Below are positions 14,398 to 25,884 of a DNA stretch of 64,000 nt, one piece after another. The notes below the pieces were generated by a model. It was given only the letters and a program-made list of their open reading frames with translations. It did no database searches and was not told where the DNA came from. Position numbers and translations under genes: made by a program. This DNA comes from Octopus vulgaris (taxonomy: Eukaryota), in assembly GCA_951406725.2 (NCBI GenBank), contig OX597827.1, positions 13,640,001-13,704,000 of the forward strand, given 5' to 3'. Positions within the stretch are counted from its first letter, which is position 1. The number at the start of each line of letters is the position of its first letter.

Positions 14398-15345
14398 ACA
14401 TCTTTATCATCATCATTGTTGTCGTCATCATCGTCCCCACCACTACCACCACCACCACCACCTTCGTTATTATCATCAACACCATTATCATCATTACACG
14501 TCCATACCTAAAGAGTTTCTATCTCCCTTGCACATTAACCATTAACATTTTCACCCCTCAGCTCATCAGTACCCCCGTCACTCATTCCAGTTAACATTAC
14601 TCGACCAGCAGAACATGCTCACCATGTGAAATTCGCAGGAATGAAAAACAATGAAGAACTTTTTTTTTAAACAAACACACTCAAGCATGTATGGAAAAAA
14701 AACTGTTTCACTGATGAAGATAAATGCTAACACTATATGCATTAAATTCCTATTGTTATTATCAACAACAACAACAACAAAAAAAAAAGACGAAGAAGAA
14801 GAAGAAGAAGAAAGTTACCATTTGACATAGATCTAGAAATAATTAAATAGATAATTATTCTGCACTGACAAAGCCACCACCCATGTTGACTATTGTGAGA
14901 AGTTTAGTGTAGTTGCTCGACCTCAACAGTTTAGTTATCGAAACTCTTTAGCATTTCTAAAGCAGGGACCACGTTTTAAGGATCCTATATTACGTGACTG
15001 CATGCAGACATGAAAAAGTGTATGATAAACTGCTGTAATAAAGAAAAAACAAAAAAAAGTAAGTTCAGAGAATCTTGGTGAATAAGTCAAATAACTGTTT
15101 GTAACAAAGGCTCGGCGGGGGCCAGAAATTTGCGAGGAAGAAATTAGTTGATTATAGTGATATACCAGTGCTTGCCTAGTTCTGTATTTCATCAACTGCA
15201 GAGGGACGAAAGATGAAGGTTTGAACTTAGTGAGATTTAACCTCAAAATGAAAAAAAGAGCTGCAAAAAAATATTACGAGGAATTTTTATGATGATCAAA
15301 GAATTCTGTCAATTTATTGCCGTTTATGAATTGTCAGATGACAAT

Positions 15346-15677
15346 AAGTTAAGTTAAGTTAAGTTAATTTTTTGGCTCAAAAAGCAAAAAGCAAGGCCAT
15401 GTAGGGGGCCATGGAGTTATGTACAGGGAAGGTGTTCATGCAAAAAAGAGTTCAGGCCATTTCTGGTCAAGAGAGACTTTGAACTGAGCGGTCGTCGGCA
15501 TCTTCTCTATCTCGTCCGGCATCTTATTCCACGGATCCGCAACCCAGACGGAGAAAGCCCCTCTCCTTCGATTGAGATGAAATCGTTGCAGATAGAGCTT
15601 TTCGGAGTGACCCCGCAGCTGACGCTCTGGAGCAGGAGTGAAGAACAGCTCTTTCGAGAGGTTACATTTTCCACTTA
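15346..15677 (-). mobile_element. CR1/L2-clade LINE 3' end with (AACTT)n tail
   Basis: ELFFTPAPERQLRGHSEKLYLQRFHLNRRRGAFSVWVADPWNKMPDEIEKMPTTAQFKVSLDQKW (RGH..KL...R..FS.RV...WN.LP...FK..LD motif); CpGs retained, so relatively young. Confidence 0.85.
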
Positions 15678-16175
15678 TGATAATGATAATGATGACAATC
15701 GTCATCATTATCATTATCATCATCATCATCAGCATCACTATCGTCGTCGTCATCACTACCACCACCACCACCACCACCATCTTCATCATCATTTAACTTT
15801 CACTTATCCAAGCTCACATTGGTCACATGGAATTCGTTGAGGCAGAATTTGTATGGCTGAACGCCCTTCCTGTTGCCAACCTATACCTGTTTCCAAACAA
15901 GGTAAATATTCCCCCATGGCCAAACATGTTCTTTCCATTGCAGACTAGCAATGAGTATCATCATTTGTATGATTGTGATGCTCATTTTACAACCATCATG
16001 TGATGTCAAGACAAGGGTACACTCACACGCACACACCACACACACACTCTTATATACATATACATATACATATATATAACGGGAAGGTTTACGAAAATAA
16101 ACAAAAGACGAAGGCAGGTGGAGTACAAACAAACAAATGTATTAGTATGGCGCTCAGGAATAGAAATAGAACAAA

Positions 16176-16213
16176 TCTTTTACATTTCGAGCCTACGCTC
16201 TTCGACAGAAAGA
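16176..16213 (-). ncRNA. minimal type I hammerhead-like motif with variant core, within Penelope-like terminal remnant (~16078-16290)
   Basis: minus strand: tcttt-CTGTCGA-a-gagc(gtag)gctc-GAAA-tgt-a-aaaga; 5-bp stem I and 4-bp stem II perfect; core differs at A6. Confidence 0.55.
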
Positions 16214-17051
16214 TACACAGAAAAAAAAACAAGGAGAGAAACAAAGAGAGAAAAAAAATTGCATGTAGGAGCTAACGATCTATCATGGCGTTCTGACTTT
16301 GGGCAGAGGTCAGATGCTAGAGTGACAGTAGGGGAGATAGCAGGCTTCCTTCAGCTTTTGTCTACCTCGCTCAGTCCAGAGCTACAGTAGAAGACATCTG
16401 CTCAAGGCATTTTTTCTCAGCAAAACTAAATGAATATAGAGGGGAGCCCATGAAATTATTTATCAAATGTTAACCTGATCCAAACATCATTATTGTTGTC
16501 ATTGTTGCCAAAGTTATTTTATGTTTGCTTTCTAGAGCGACATGGATGGGTTGGATGAGTTAGATGGTTGTCACAGTCTGAGTCATTTTGATCTGGTAGT
16601 GGAGGTGCATGGCTTAGTGGTTAGAGTGTGAATTCATGATTGTAAAGATTGTGGTTTTGAATTCTAGATTAGGTAAGGTATTGAGTTCTTGAACAAAACA
16701 CTGCATTTCACATTGCTCCAGTCCTCTCAGCTGGTAAAAATGAGTGACCCAGGGATGGACCAGAGTCCAGTTCAGGGAAGAATATATATGCCAGAGAAAC
16801 TGGGAAACCAGTTATGCTCCTTATGGAATAATGTAGACTGACCAAGACTGCTAGATCGATTGGAGGACCACATCTCACATATACTTAATCCTATATTCTT
16901 ATGTGTAGGATCTATAAAGTGCAATTAAACACTAGTTTCATTGGTTGCCTCCAGCCCATAGAACTGAACTGACAGGCTGATTTTTCACACAGACACACAC
17001 TTGCACATACACTTGCACATTTACACATACGCATAAGGTATATGCATCTAG

Positions 17052-17945
17052 GTCATGGATATTATTGATATGCCAGTGCAGCCAACTTAATTTCCCAATA
17101 TATATTGCACTTTTGTCAAATTAAGTCCTTCTACACCCAAACCACCTATACAATGAACCATACAACCTATACAATGATGACAACTTCAGATAGGGTGAAC
17201 TAAGCTAAACCGAGCAAGGTGAAGCAATATCACCCAAATTTAAGTCAATCTCAAGGAATCAGCATGAAAATAAGCTTATCTAAGCTAGACTTAGCCAAAT
17301 CAAGCGAATCTTGCATAATTATGCTGAATCAAACAACAGAACAGTAAGCCAGACTAAATTAACTTTTGATGTGCATAAGAAGTTGATAATTTAGGATAAA
17401 ATATCCAAGCATAAGAAATTATTGTCAGCAACATTTAGAGTGTATGGCTTTAATATCTATTTATGTAGTTGAATGGAGATGGTGATAAAGTATAGGTAGG
17501 CTGGTTGCGGATGGTCTGAAAGAGAGTGAATTTGATTGGAAATAAAAACAAAAGAGGTTTATTGACTGTGACATGAGTGGAAATTAAAGAATGCTTGTGT
17601 ACCAAAGGACAGATTAAGTAAAAACTCGTAGTTTATATGAAGCGATGTCACATGAGAATGTGTGAAGCAAAGAGATGTACGCGACTTAACAATATAGAGA
17701 AAAATAGGAAATAATTTATTCTGATATCTTTGCTTTCACAAATGTTAATCAGAAACATTTACACAGAGAGATTAAGTTTTCAGACACTGGCTCTTCTGAG
17801 GAATTCACAAAATAGCTTCGTATTACGGGAAAATTTCTAAAGTTATGAAAGAGCTTATTGTTATTAAGATGATAATTTTTTGGAGTATTAATCTTCAATT
17901 ATTCTAACCTATTATGGGTGTCCCTTCCACCACCCTAAAATAGTG
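17052..17945 (+). repeat. left arm of 894-bp long inverted repeat (partner 23638-24531)
   Basis: base-by-base reverse-complement match, about 12 substitutions counted by eye, no indels seen. Confidence 0.95.
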
Positions 17946-18395
17946 CCCTTCAAGGCTAAGCGTCTACTATCAGTAAATTCTCCTCCTTCTCTTCATCCTC
18001 ATCCTCATCATCCCTTTAGCTCTCCTTCTCTCTCTTTCTTTCCGAGAGAGCTATGCTTGGACACAACAACTGAGTTATAGACTGATTTATATATGACTTA
18101 GAAATAGTTTTGTATCAATCCATGGTTCTGGACAGATTTTTTTATTGCATCAACCCCAGAAGAATGGAAGGTAAAGATAACCTTGGAAAAATATTCAATC
18201 CAGAATACAAGGAACCAGAATAAATACTACAAGGCATTTGTCTGATCCTCTAACAACCTGGTCAATTAACACCCATCAAGTCAACGATATCAATTAATGT
18301 ATTCATTGGTGTCTGGAATGAAGGCTTAGAGGGTCATCACAGAATGTTCACTGAATGAGGCATCTCATTGACAAGTATTGATGAGGCAGTCATAA

Positions 18396-18866
18396 GGCGG
18401 CGAGCTGGCAGAATCATTAGCACGTCGGGCTAAATGCTTAGCGGTATTTCGTCTGCCGTTGCGTCCTGAGTTCAAATTCCGCCGAGGTCGACTTTGCCTT
18501 TCATCCTTTCGGGGGTCGATAAATTAAGTACCAGTCACGCACTGGGGTCAATATAATTGACTTAATTCCTTTGTCTGTCCTTGTTTGTCCCCTCTATGTT
18601 TAGCCCCTTGTGGGCAATAAAAAAATAAGAAAAAGGCAGTGAGCTGGCAGAAATGTTAGCACGCCGGGTGAAATGCTTAGCGGTATTTCGTCTGCCGTTT
18701 CATTCTGAGTTCAAATTCTGCCAAGGTCGACTTTGCCTTTCATCCTTTCAGGGTCGATAAATTAAGTACCAGTTACGCACTGGGATCGATGTAATCGACT
18801 TAATACCTATGTCTGTCCTTGTTTGTCCCCTTTATGTTTAGCCCCTTGTGGGCAATAAAGAAATAA
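18396..18866 (+). mobile_element. SINE family B (tRNA head plus Meta/MESC-like domain), tandem dimer
   Basis: ggcggcgagctggcagaa...gagttcaaattccgccgaggtcgactttgcctttcatcctttcggggtcgataaattaagtaccag, present twice. Confidence 0.9.
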
Positions 18867-18940
18867 GTATTGATGAGGTACAATGAACAAAAATCACAGA
18901 CAAGTGAAGTAAAATAGCTCAATTGTACAGCAAGGAATGT

Positions 18941-19518
18941 TTAGCCCTTTAGCATTCAGATTATTCTCTCAAATGCAATACTTGTTTATTCACATTGTCT
19001 TGAATTAATCAGGTATTATCTCATAGCTTTGAGATTCCAATGATATGATTGTTGTGTCTGAGGAGAGTCATTTTCTTTTTGTGCCTTATAATTTAACACA
19101 CTCACCGGTAAAATTTCCACTTTTTTCTTATTTTTTTTATTGTCTTAAAATTTTCGTTGCGTCTTGCAACCTTTTCAATAGTTTTGACTCTCAAAACTAT
19201 TGAAAAGGTTGCAAGACACAATGGAAATTTTAGGACAATAAAAAAAAATACGAAAAAAGTGGAAATTTTACCAGTGAGTGTGTTAAATTATAAGGCACAA
19301 AAAGAAAATGACTCTCCCCAGACACAACAGAATATGCTTCAACACATCAACTCGTATAAAGAATCTTGCAAACCAAATCCCAAAACAAAATGATATGATT
19401 GTTTCTCTTTTAGAATGACATTGTAGGAAAGATGTGAAAGGCTGGATATAGCTGGTCTGAACATAAAACAGGTAGAATATTGAACCAGATATGGTCAGTT
19501 TAAAAGCTAAAGGGTTAG
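18941..19518 (+). mobile_element. piggyBac-type MITE family 2 (host), interrupted by a hairpin element
   Basis: ends ttagcccttttagcatt / aaagctaaagggttag; uninterrupted homolog at 57811-58037. Confidence 0.7.
19051..19388. mobile_element. palindromic hairpin element (arms 19051-19187 / 19191-19328, plus 60-bp tail) with 15-bp TSD and U3-A8 hammerhead-like motif
   Basis: TSD aatgatatgattgtt at 19039-19053 and 19389-19403; cta-TTGAAAA-g-gttgc(aagac)gcaac-GAAA-attt; second copy at 29356-29646. Confidence 0.8.
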
Positions 19519-19625
19519 AGAAATATCAATAGGTTAGTGATGAGTGGAAAAGCTAATATTTCAGGCTCATTTCAATGAAGTGTGAAGTAAAACAAAGGTG
19601 TAATAATTATTAGTAAAATGCTGAA

Positions 19626-20040
19626 GGCGGCGAGCTAGCAGAATTGTTTGCAAGCTGGACAAAATGTTTAGTGATATTTCGTCTGTCATTACGTTGAGTT
19701 CAAATTCCACCGAGGTCAACTTTGCCTTTCATCCTTTCGGAGTTGATTAAATAAGTATCAGTTATGCACTGGGGTCGATGTAATCGACTTAAGCCCTTTG
19801 TCTGTCCTTGTTTCTTCCCTCTATGTTTAGCCCCTTGTGGGCAATAAAGAAATAAGAAATGTTAGCACGCTGGGTGAAATGCTTAGTGGCATTTCGTCTG
19901 TCTTTAAGTTCTGAGTTCAAATTCCACCAAGGTCAACTTTGCTTTTCATCCTTTCAGGGTCGATAAAATATTGAGATTGACATAATCGACTTCACCCTCC
20001 CCTCAAAAACTGCTGGCTTTGTGCTAAAATTTGAAACCAT
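19626..20040 (+). mobile_element. SINE family B tandem array
   Basis: same head and Meta-like domain as 18396. Confidence 0.85.
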
Positions 20041-20658
20041 AATTATTAAAATTCCGTAAAGCGGTGACTTTAGCAGATTCATTAGAACATCGTAAAAATG
20101 CTTCATGGCATCTGTTCTACCTCTTTACATTCTGAGGTCAAACCCTACCAAGATCAACTTTGTCTCTCCTTCTTTTAGGGGTTCAATAAAATAAAGTGCC
20201 AGCCAAATATTACAGTCAGTGTTATCAATTAATGCCCCTGCCTCAAAAAAATTCTGGTCTTATGCCTGAATTAGAAACCATTAATAGGAGGATGTTTTTG
20301 CCAGAGTCTTTAGATTCTAAATTTTACTCATGCACTGAAACTGGCTTGCTGGCTTAGCTCCCTCTGAATGTGCCACCAGTCATCTCCATGACTGTGAAGC
20401 TGCGCCACTAAACTTAAATTTAAATTCTGAAAATCCCACTGATTTGAGAAAACAAAAATATTTAACAAATCAATAAGTACCAACCATATCAGGTACTCCT
20501 GATCTCAACCAATAGCAAAGATCTTCAAAGAGACCATCCAAAGTCGTATCATGTCTTTTGAATAAAAGCAACAGAATTATTTTTTAAAAAGAGTATTAAC
20601 TAAGGGTCAAAACCTGTCAGTTAATCTACTAGCCAGTACAAATCTATAACCTATTCTA

Positions 20659-21202
20659 TTGGGTTGTCCAGAAAGTTTGTGCCGATTTATTTTAGAACAT
20701 GGTTGAGTCCATAAAATAGGATTTGACTACACTACAATTTAGAGCACAGTTTAAGCTATCATTTTGTAGAAGAAGGTTTATGTTCCTATAACCTGTGTTA
20801 ATTCTGTAACCCTTTAAAATGGAAGATAAGAAAGTTCATTTTCGGCACTTGATGCTTTGGGAACCAGACAAAAATTGCTACAGCTCAGCTGGGATGTGTT
20901 ACCTCACGCTCCATATTCACCAGATATTGCTCCTTCGGATTTCTACTTATTCAGGTCTCTGCAGAATAGTCTTAATGGTAAAAATTTCCATTCCTAGGAT
21001 GACGTAAAAAGATACCTTGATGAATTCTTTGCCATGAAACCACCTCAATTCTGGGAAGAGGGTATTTTCAAGTTAAAGGAAAGATGGAGACGCATTGTGC
21101 AACAAAATGGTTCATATTAGGTTGATTAAAAATGTAATGGCAAGTATTTATTGACCTTTTTATTTCCTTTAAAAATTGGCGCGAACTTTCCGGACAACCC
21201 AA
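20659..21202 (+). mobile_element. internally deleted mariner element with both TIRs and TA TSDs
   Basis: TIRs ttgggttgtccagaaagtttgtgccgattt / aaattggcgcgaactttccggacaacccaa; MEDKKVHFRHLMLWE joined to [28 protein letters not shown]...WRRIVQQNGSY (mariner YSPDLAP.D motif). Confidence 0.92.
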
Positions 21203-21439
21203 TACATACGTATGTAAACTATTCTAAATACATATTTACATACAAACACCATCATGTATTCCAGACACCAACATGTATGCCATGAAATGTCATAAGCTAT
21301 AAAGACTAAATCAAAGCCATATAATAAATACAGTTTTAGCAGTTACTTCATACAGCCATTCATTAATTAAAGTGACAGGCTGCCAAATTAGAAAACACTT
21401 TGAATCCAACCAATAACAACAACTTGGTTATATTTAATA

Positions 21440-22025
21440 CTGGTTTCAAATTTGGGCAAAAAGCCAGCAGTTTTGGGGAGAGGAGAAATCAATTAAATCG
21501 ACCCCAGTGCTCAAATGATACTTATTTTATCAACCCCTAAAGAATAAAGGCAAAGTCGACCTCAGAAGAATTTCAACTAAAAATGTAGAGACAGATGAAA
21601 TGCCTATTTCTTTACTACCCACAAGGGGCTAAACACAGAGAGGACAAACACAAGGATAGACAAACGAATTAAGTCGATTACATCGACCCCAGTACATAAC
21701 TGGTACTTATTTAATCGACCCCCAAAAGGATGAAAGGCAAAGTCGACCTCGGCGGAATTTGAACTCAGAACGTAGCGGCAGATGAAATACCTATTTCTTT
21801 ACTACCCCCAAGGGGCTAAACACAGAGAGGACAAACACAAGGACAGACAAACGGATTAAGTCGATTATATCGACCCCAGTGCGTAACTGGTACTTATTTA
21901 ATTGACCCCGAAAGGATGAAAGGCAAAGTCGACCTCGACGGAATTTGAACTCAGAACGTAGCGGCAGACGAAATACCGCTAAGCATTTCACCCAGCGTCC
22001 TAACGTTTCTGCCAGCTTGCCACCT
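21440..22025 (-). mobile_element. SINE family B tandem trimer
   Basis: repeated gaaatacctatttctttactaccc...gtcgacctcggcggaatttgaactcagaac units. Confidence 0.88.
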
Positions 22026-22329
22026 GATGAAATACCACCAAGCATCTTACCTGGCACAGCAACGATTCTGCCAGCCCATCACCTTACAGTCACATTTAAT
22101 ATTACTATTTAAGCTAAGGCAGAGAGCTGACAGAATCACTAGCAAACTGAGCAAAAATACTTAGCGACATTTCATCTGTCTTTATGTCCAGAGTTCAAAT
22201 TCCACCAAAGCTGACCTTGCTTTTTATCATTTTGGGGTTTGTAAAATAAGTACCAGTAGAATAGTGGGGTTGATGTAATCAACTTACACTACACCCTGAA
22301 CTTGCTGGCCTTGTACCAAAATTTGAAAT

Positions 22330-22682
22330 CGGCCATCCGATCGTGGCCATTGCCAGCCTCGCCTGGCCTCCGTGCCGGTGGCACGTAAAAAGCACCATCC
22401 GATCATGGCCGTTTGCCAGCCTCGCCTGGCCTCCGTGCCGGTGGCACGTAAAAAGCACCATCCGACCGTGGCCGTTTGCCAGCCTCGTCTGGCACCTGTG
22501 CCGGTGGCACGTAAAAAGCACCCACTACACTCATGGAGTGGTTAGCGTTAGGAAGGGCATCCAGCCATAGAAACATTGCCAGATCAGACTGGGCCTGGTG
22601 CAGCCTTCTGGCTTCCCAGACCCCAGTTGCACTGTCCAACCCATGCCAGCATGGAAAGCGGACGCTAAACGATGATGATGAT
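22330..22682 (+). mobile_element. RTE-type LINE 3' UTR with three ~62-bp internal tandem units and (GAT)n tail
   Basis: tgccagcctcgcctggcctccgtgccggtggcacgtaaaaagcacc x3. Confidence 0.8.
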
Positions 22683-23637
22683 AATACTGCTTAAACTTCT
22701 TTAGTTATCAGAACTCAACTTACTCAATCTGATATGATAATAACTATTACAAACTCACTTGTGATTTAAACATTCATAACTCTATTATAAAAAAATTGTT
22801 TTCTCTGCTCTAAAACTTTCTTTTAATTAGCTAAGTTACTGTAATAAATTTAACATAGAGAGCATTAAAAAACCTACCTAGAAATAATTATTTGCTGATG
22901 GAAAACAATGTTTATCAATGACTAATTAATATTATTTGAGAAAGTATGGGAGACAACTCCAAATATGTTTCAATCTTATTATGACCTCATTATTTCAGAA
23001 AATCAATTTTCTATTGTCACTGATTTTTGTTATACTGGATGACACATGGTAGACAGTTGAAAAACTTTTGGTCAATGATGCAAATTAGCATGCAATCTTT
23101 AGTATATTTGGATGATTTAATCATTGCTGGAATTAAAATGTTACTGTACAAAATATGAATTCAAACAGTTGTTCTGTTATAGCAAAGTTTGACCAATAAC
23201 AGGAAAAAATATTAGTGTAGAGATAAGTACCGGACATAAGTCAGTTTTATGATTTGTACTTGGAATTCAGTTTTGCAGAAATGATAAATAATGAATAGCT
23301 AATTACAATAGCATAGACCGTCTCCTCTGATAGCATTTTACATTTTAAAATGACTAAAGCTATTTTGATTGGATGTATTTGGAAGCTTTCCAAATATGTT
23401 GCTGACCATTCTCTGAATCATAGAAATCAGGTTTCAAAACTTTATCAGGCTGGAGCAGAAGAACAAGTTCCAGTAGAAGAACAAACAAATGGGCTGCCAT
23501 GGATATTCTGGAGAGAGGGAGAGAAAAGAGGGGGAAAGAGAGACAGAGACAGACAGGTAGACACAGTGAGAGAGACAGATACAAAGACAGACAGACAAAG
23601 TGATAAATGTTTGCTGAAGATAGCTAATTTTAATGCA

Positions 23638-24531
23638 CACTATTTCAGGGTGGTGGAAGGGACACCCGTAATAGGTTAGAATAATTGTAGATTAATACTC
23701 CAAAAAATTATCATCTTAATAACAATAAGCTCTTTCATAACTTTAGAAATTTTCCCGTAATACGAAGCTATTTTGTGAATTCCTCAGAAGAGCCAGTGTC
23801 TGAAAACTTAATCTCTCTGTGTAAATGTTTCTGATTAACATTTGTGAAAGCAAAGATATCAGAATAAATTATTTCCTATTTTTCTCTATATTGTTAAGTC
23901 GTGTACATCTCTTTCCTTCACACATTCTCATGTGACATCGCTTCATATAAACTACGAGTTTTTACTTAATCTGTCCTTTGGTACACAAGCATTCTTTAAT
24001 TTCCACTCATGTCACAGTCAATAAACCTCTTTTGTTTTTATTTCCAATCAAATTCACTCTCTTTCAGACCATCCGCAACCAGCCTACCTATACTTTATCA
24101 CCATCTCCATTCAACTACATAAATAGATATTAAAGCCATACACTCTAAATGTTGCTGACAATAATTTCTTATGCTTGGATATTTTATCCTAAATTATCAA
24201 CTTCTTATGCACATCAAAAGTTAATTTAGTTTGGCTTAGTGTTCTGTTGTTTGATTCTGCATAATTATGCAAGATTCGCTTGATTTGGCTAAGTCTAGCT
24301 TAGATAAGCTTATTTTCATGCTGATTCCTTGAGATTGACTTAAATTTGGGTGATATTGCTTCACCTTGCTCGGTTTAGCTTAGTTCACCCTATCTGAAGT
24401 TGTCCTCATTGTATAGGTTGTATGGTTCATTGTATAGGTTGTTTGGGTGTAGAAGGACTTAATTTGACAAAAGTGCAATATATATTGGGAAATTAGGTTA
24501 GCTGCACTGGCATATCAATAATATCCATGAC
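23638..24531 (-). repeat. right arm of 894-bp long inverted repeat
   Basis: reverse complement of 17052-17945. Confidence 0.95.
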
Positions 24532-24562
24532 TTATCTAAATGGATTGTCCCTATGTGTGTAT

Positions 24563-24963
24563 ACTCTTTTACTCTTTTACTTGTTTCAGTCATTTGACTG
24601 CGGCCATGCTGGAGCACCGCCTTTAGTCGAGCAAATCGACCGCGGAATTTATTCTTTGTAAGCCCAGTACTTATTCTATCGGTCTCTTTTGCTGAACCGC
24701 TAAGTGACGGGGACGTAAACACATCAGCATCGGTTGTTAAGCAATGCTAGGGGGACAAACACAGACACACAAACACATACATATATATATACATATGTAC
24801 GACAGGCTTCTTTCAGTTTCTGTCTACCAAATCCACTCACAAGGCATTGGTCGGCCCGGGGCTATAGCAGAAGACACTTGCCCAAGATGCCACACAGTGG
24901 GACTGAACCCGGAAACATGTGGTTGGTTAGCAAGCTACTTACCACACAGCCACTCCTGCGCCT
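24563..24963 (-). mobile_element. SINE family A, full length
   Basis: matches family A from the tail to the head ...cactcctgcgcc. Confidence 0.9.
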
Positions 24964-25026
24964 GTATATATACATGCATGCATATATGCATGCATACATA
25001 CATATATAGACACATATCTATATATA

Positions 25027-25265
25027 CAGCAATCCCTTGACTATCGCAGGTGTTACATTCCAAACCCCACCCCCACGATAGGTGAAAATCCGCAAAGTAG
25101 AAACAGTACTGTACTGTATAATTTTTTCATTATTTTTGTAATTTGTGTATATTTATTTTAGTATAAACGCAAACCAACACCAAGGAGGAATGTATGTAAG
25201 CGTAAATAATAAACCACGATGGGTGAACCGTGATAGGTAAACCGCAATATGGCAAGGGCTTACTC
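25027..25265. mobile_element. Tigger/pogo-type MITE
   Basis: TA-flanked degenerate TIRs cagcaatcccttgactatcgcagg / ccgcaatatggcaagggcttactc. Confidence 0.75.
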
Positions 25266-25267
25266 TA

Positions 25268-25683
25268 TACTCTTTTACTCTTACTCTTTTACTTGTTTCA
25301 GTCATTCGAGTGTGGCCATGCTGGAGCACTACCTTTAGTCAAAGAAATCGACCCCAGGACTTATTCTTTGTAATCCTAGTACTTATTCTATCGGTCTCTT
25401 TTGCTGAACTGCTAAGTTACGGGGATGTAAACACACCAGCATCGGTGGTCAAGCAATGTTGGGGGGGACAAACACAGACACACAAACATATACACACATA
25501 TATATACACATATATACACATATATGATGAGCTTCTTTCAGTTTCCGTCTACCAATTCCACTCACAAGGCTTTGGTCGGCCCGAGGTTATAGTAGAAGAC
25601 ACTTTCCCAAGGTGCCACACAGTGGGACTGAACCCAGGACCATGTGGTTGGTAAGCAAGCTACTTACCACACAGCTACTCCTA
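25268..25683 (-). mobile_element. SINE family A, full length
   Basis: matches family A. Confidence 0.9.
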
Positions 25684-25850
25684 TATGTAGTTGTATATCT
25701 TATATGCATATATAGAGAAAGATAAATGTTTTAAATATTTTTTGAAGTCAAAACATTATAGGTTATAAAGAAAATTAGTAATACAGTTCAATGGTTGGTA
25801 TTTCAAAATTTCAGGTTTAGGCTCCCTTTTCCAGGAAAATTATCGAGAAA

Positions 25851-25884
<34 letters not shown>

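Noticed and set aside
17790-17845. CTGAGGA...GAAA within the long inverted-repeat arm
   Set aside because: Stems II and III do not pair convincingly; likely chance
22335-22522. Regularly spaced repeats resembling a CRISPR array
   Set aside because: The spacers are homologous to each other, the array lies in an RTE 3' UTR in eukaryotic DNA, and there are no cas genes
23350-23679. 109-aa ORF in the spacer next to the right inverted-repeat arm
   Set aside because: No recognisable domain, partly GA/GACA microsatellite; no evidence it is a transposase for the inverted repeat
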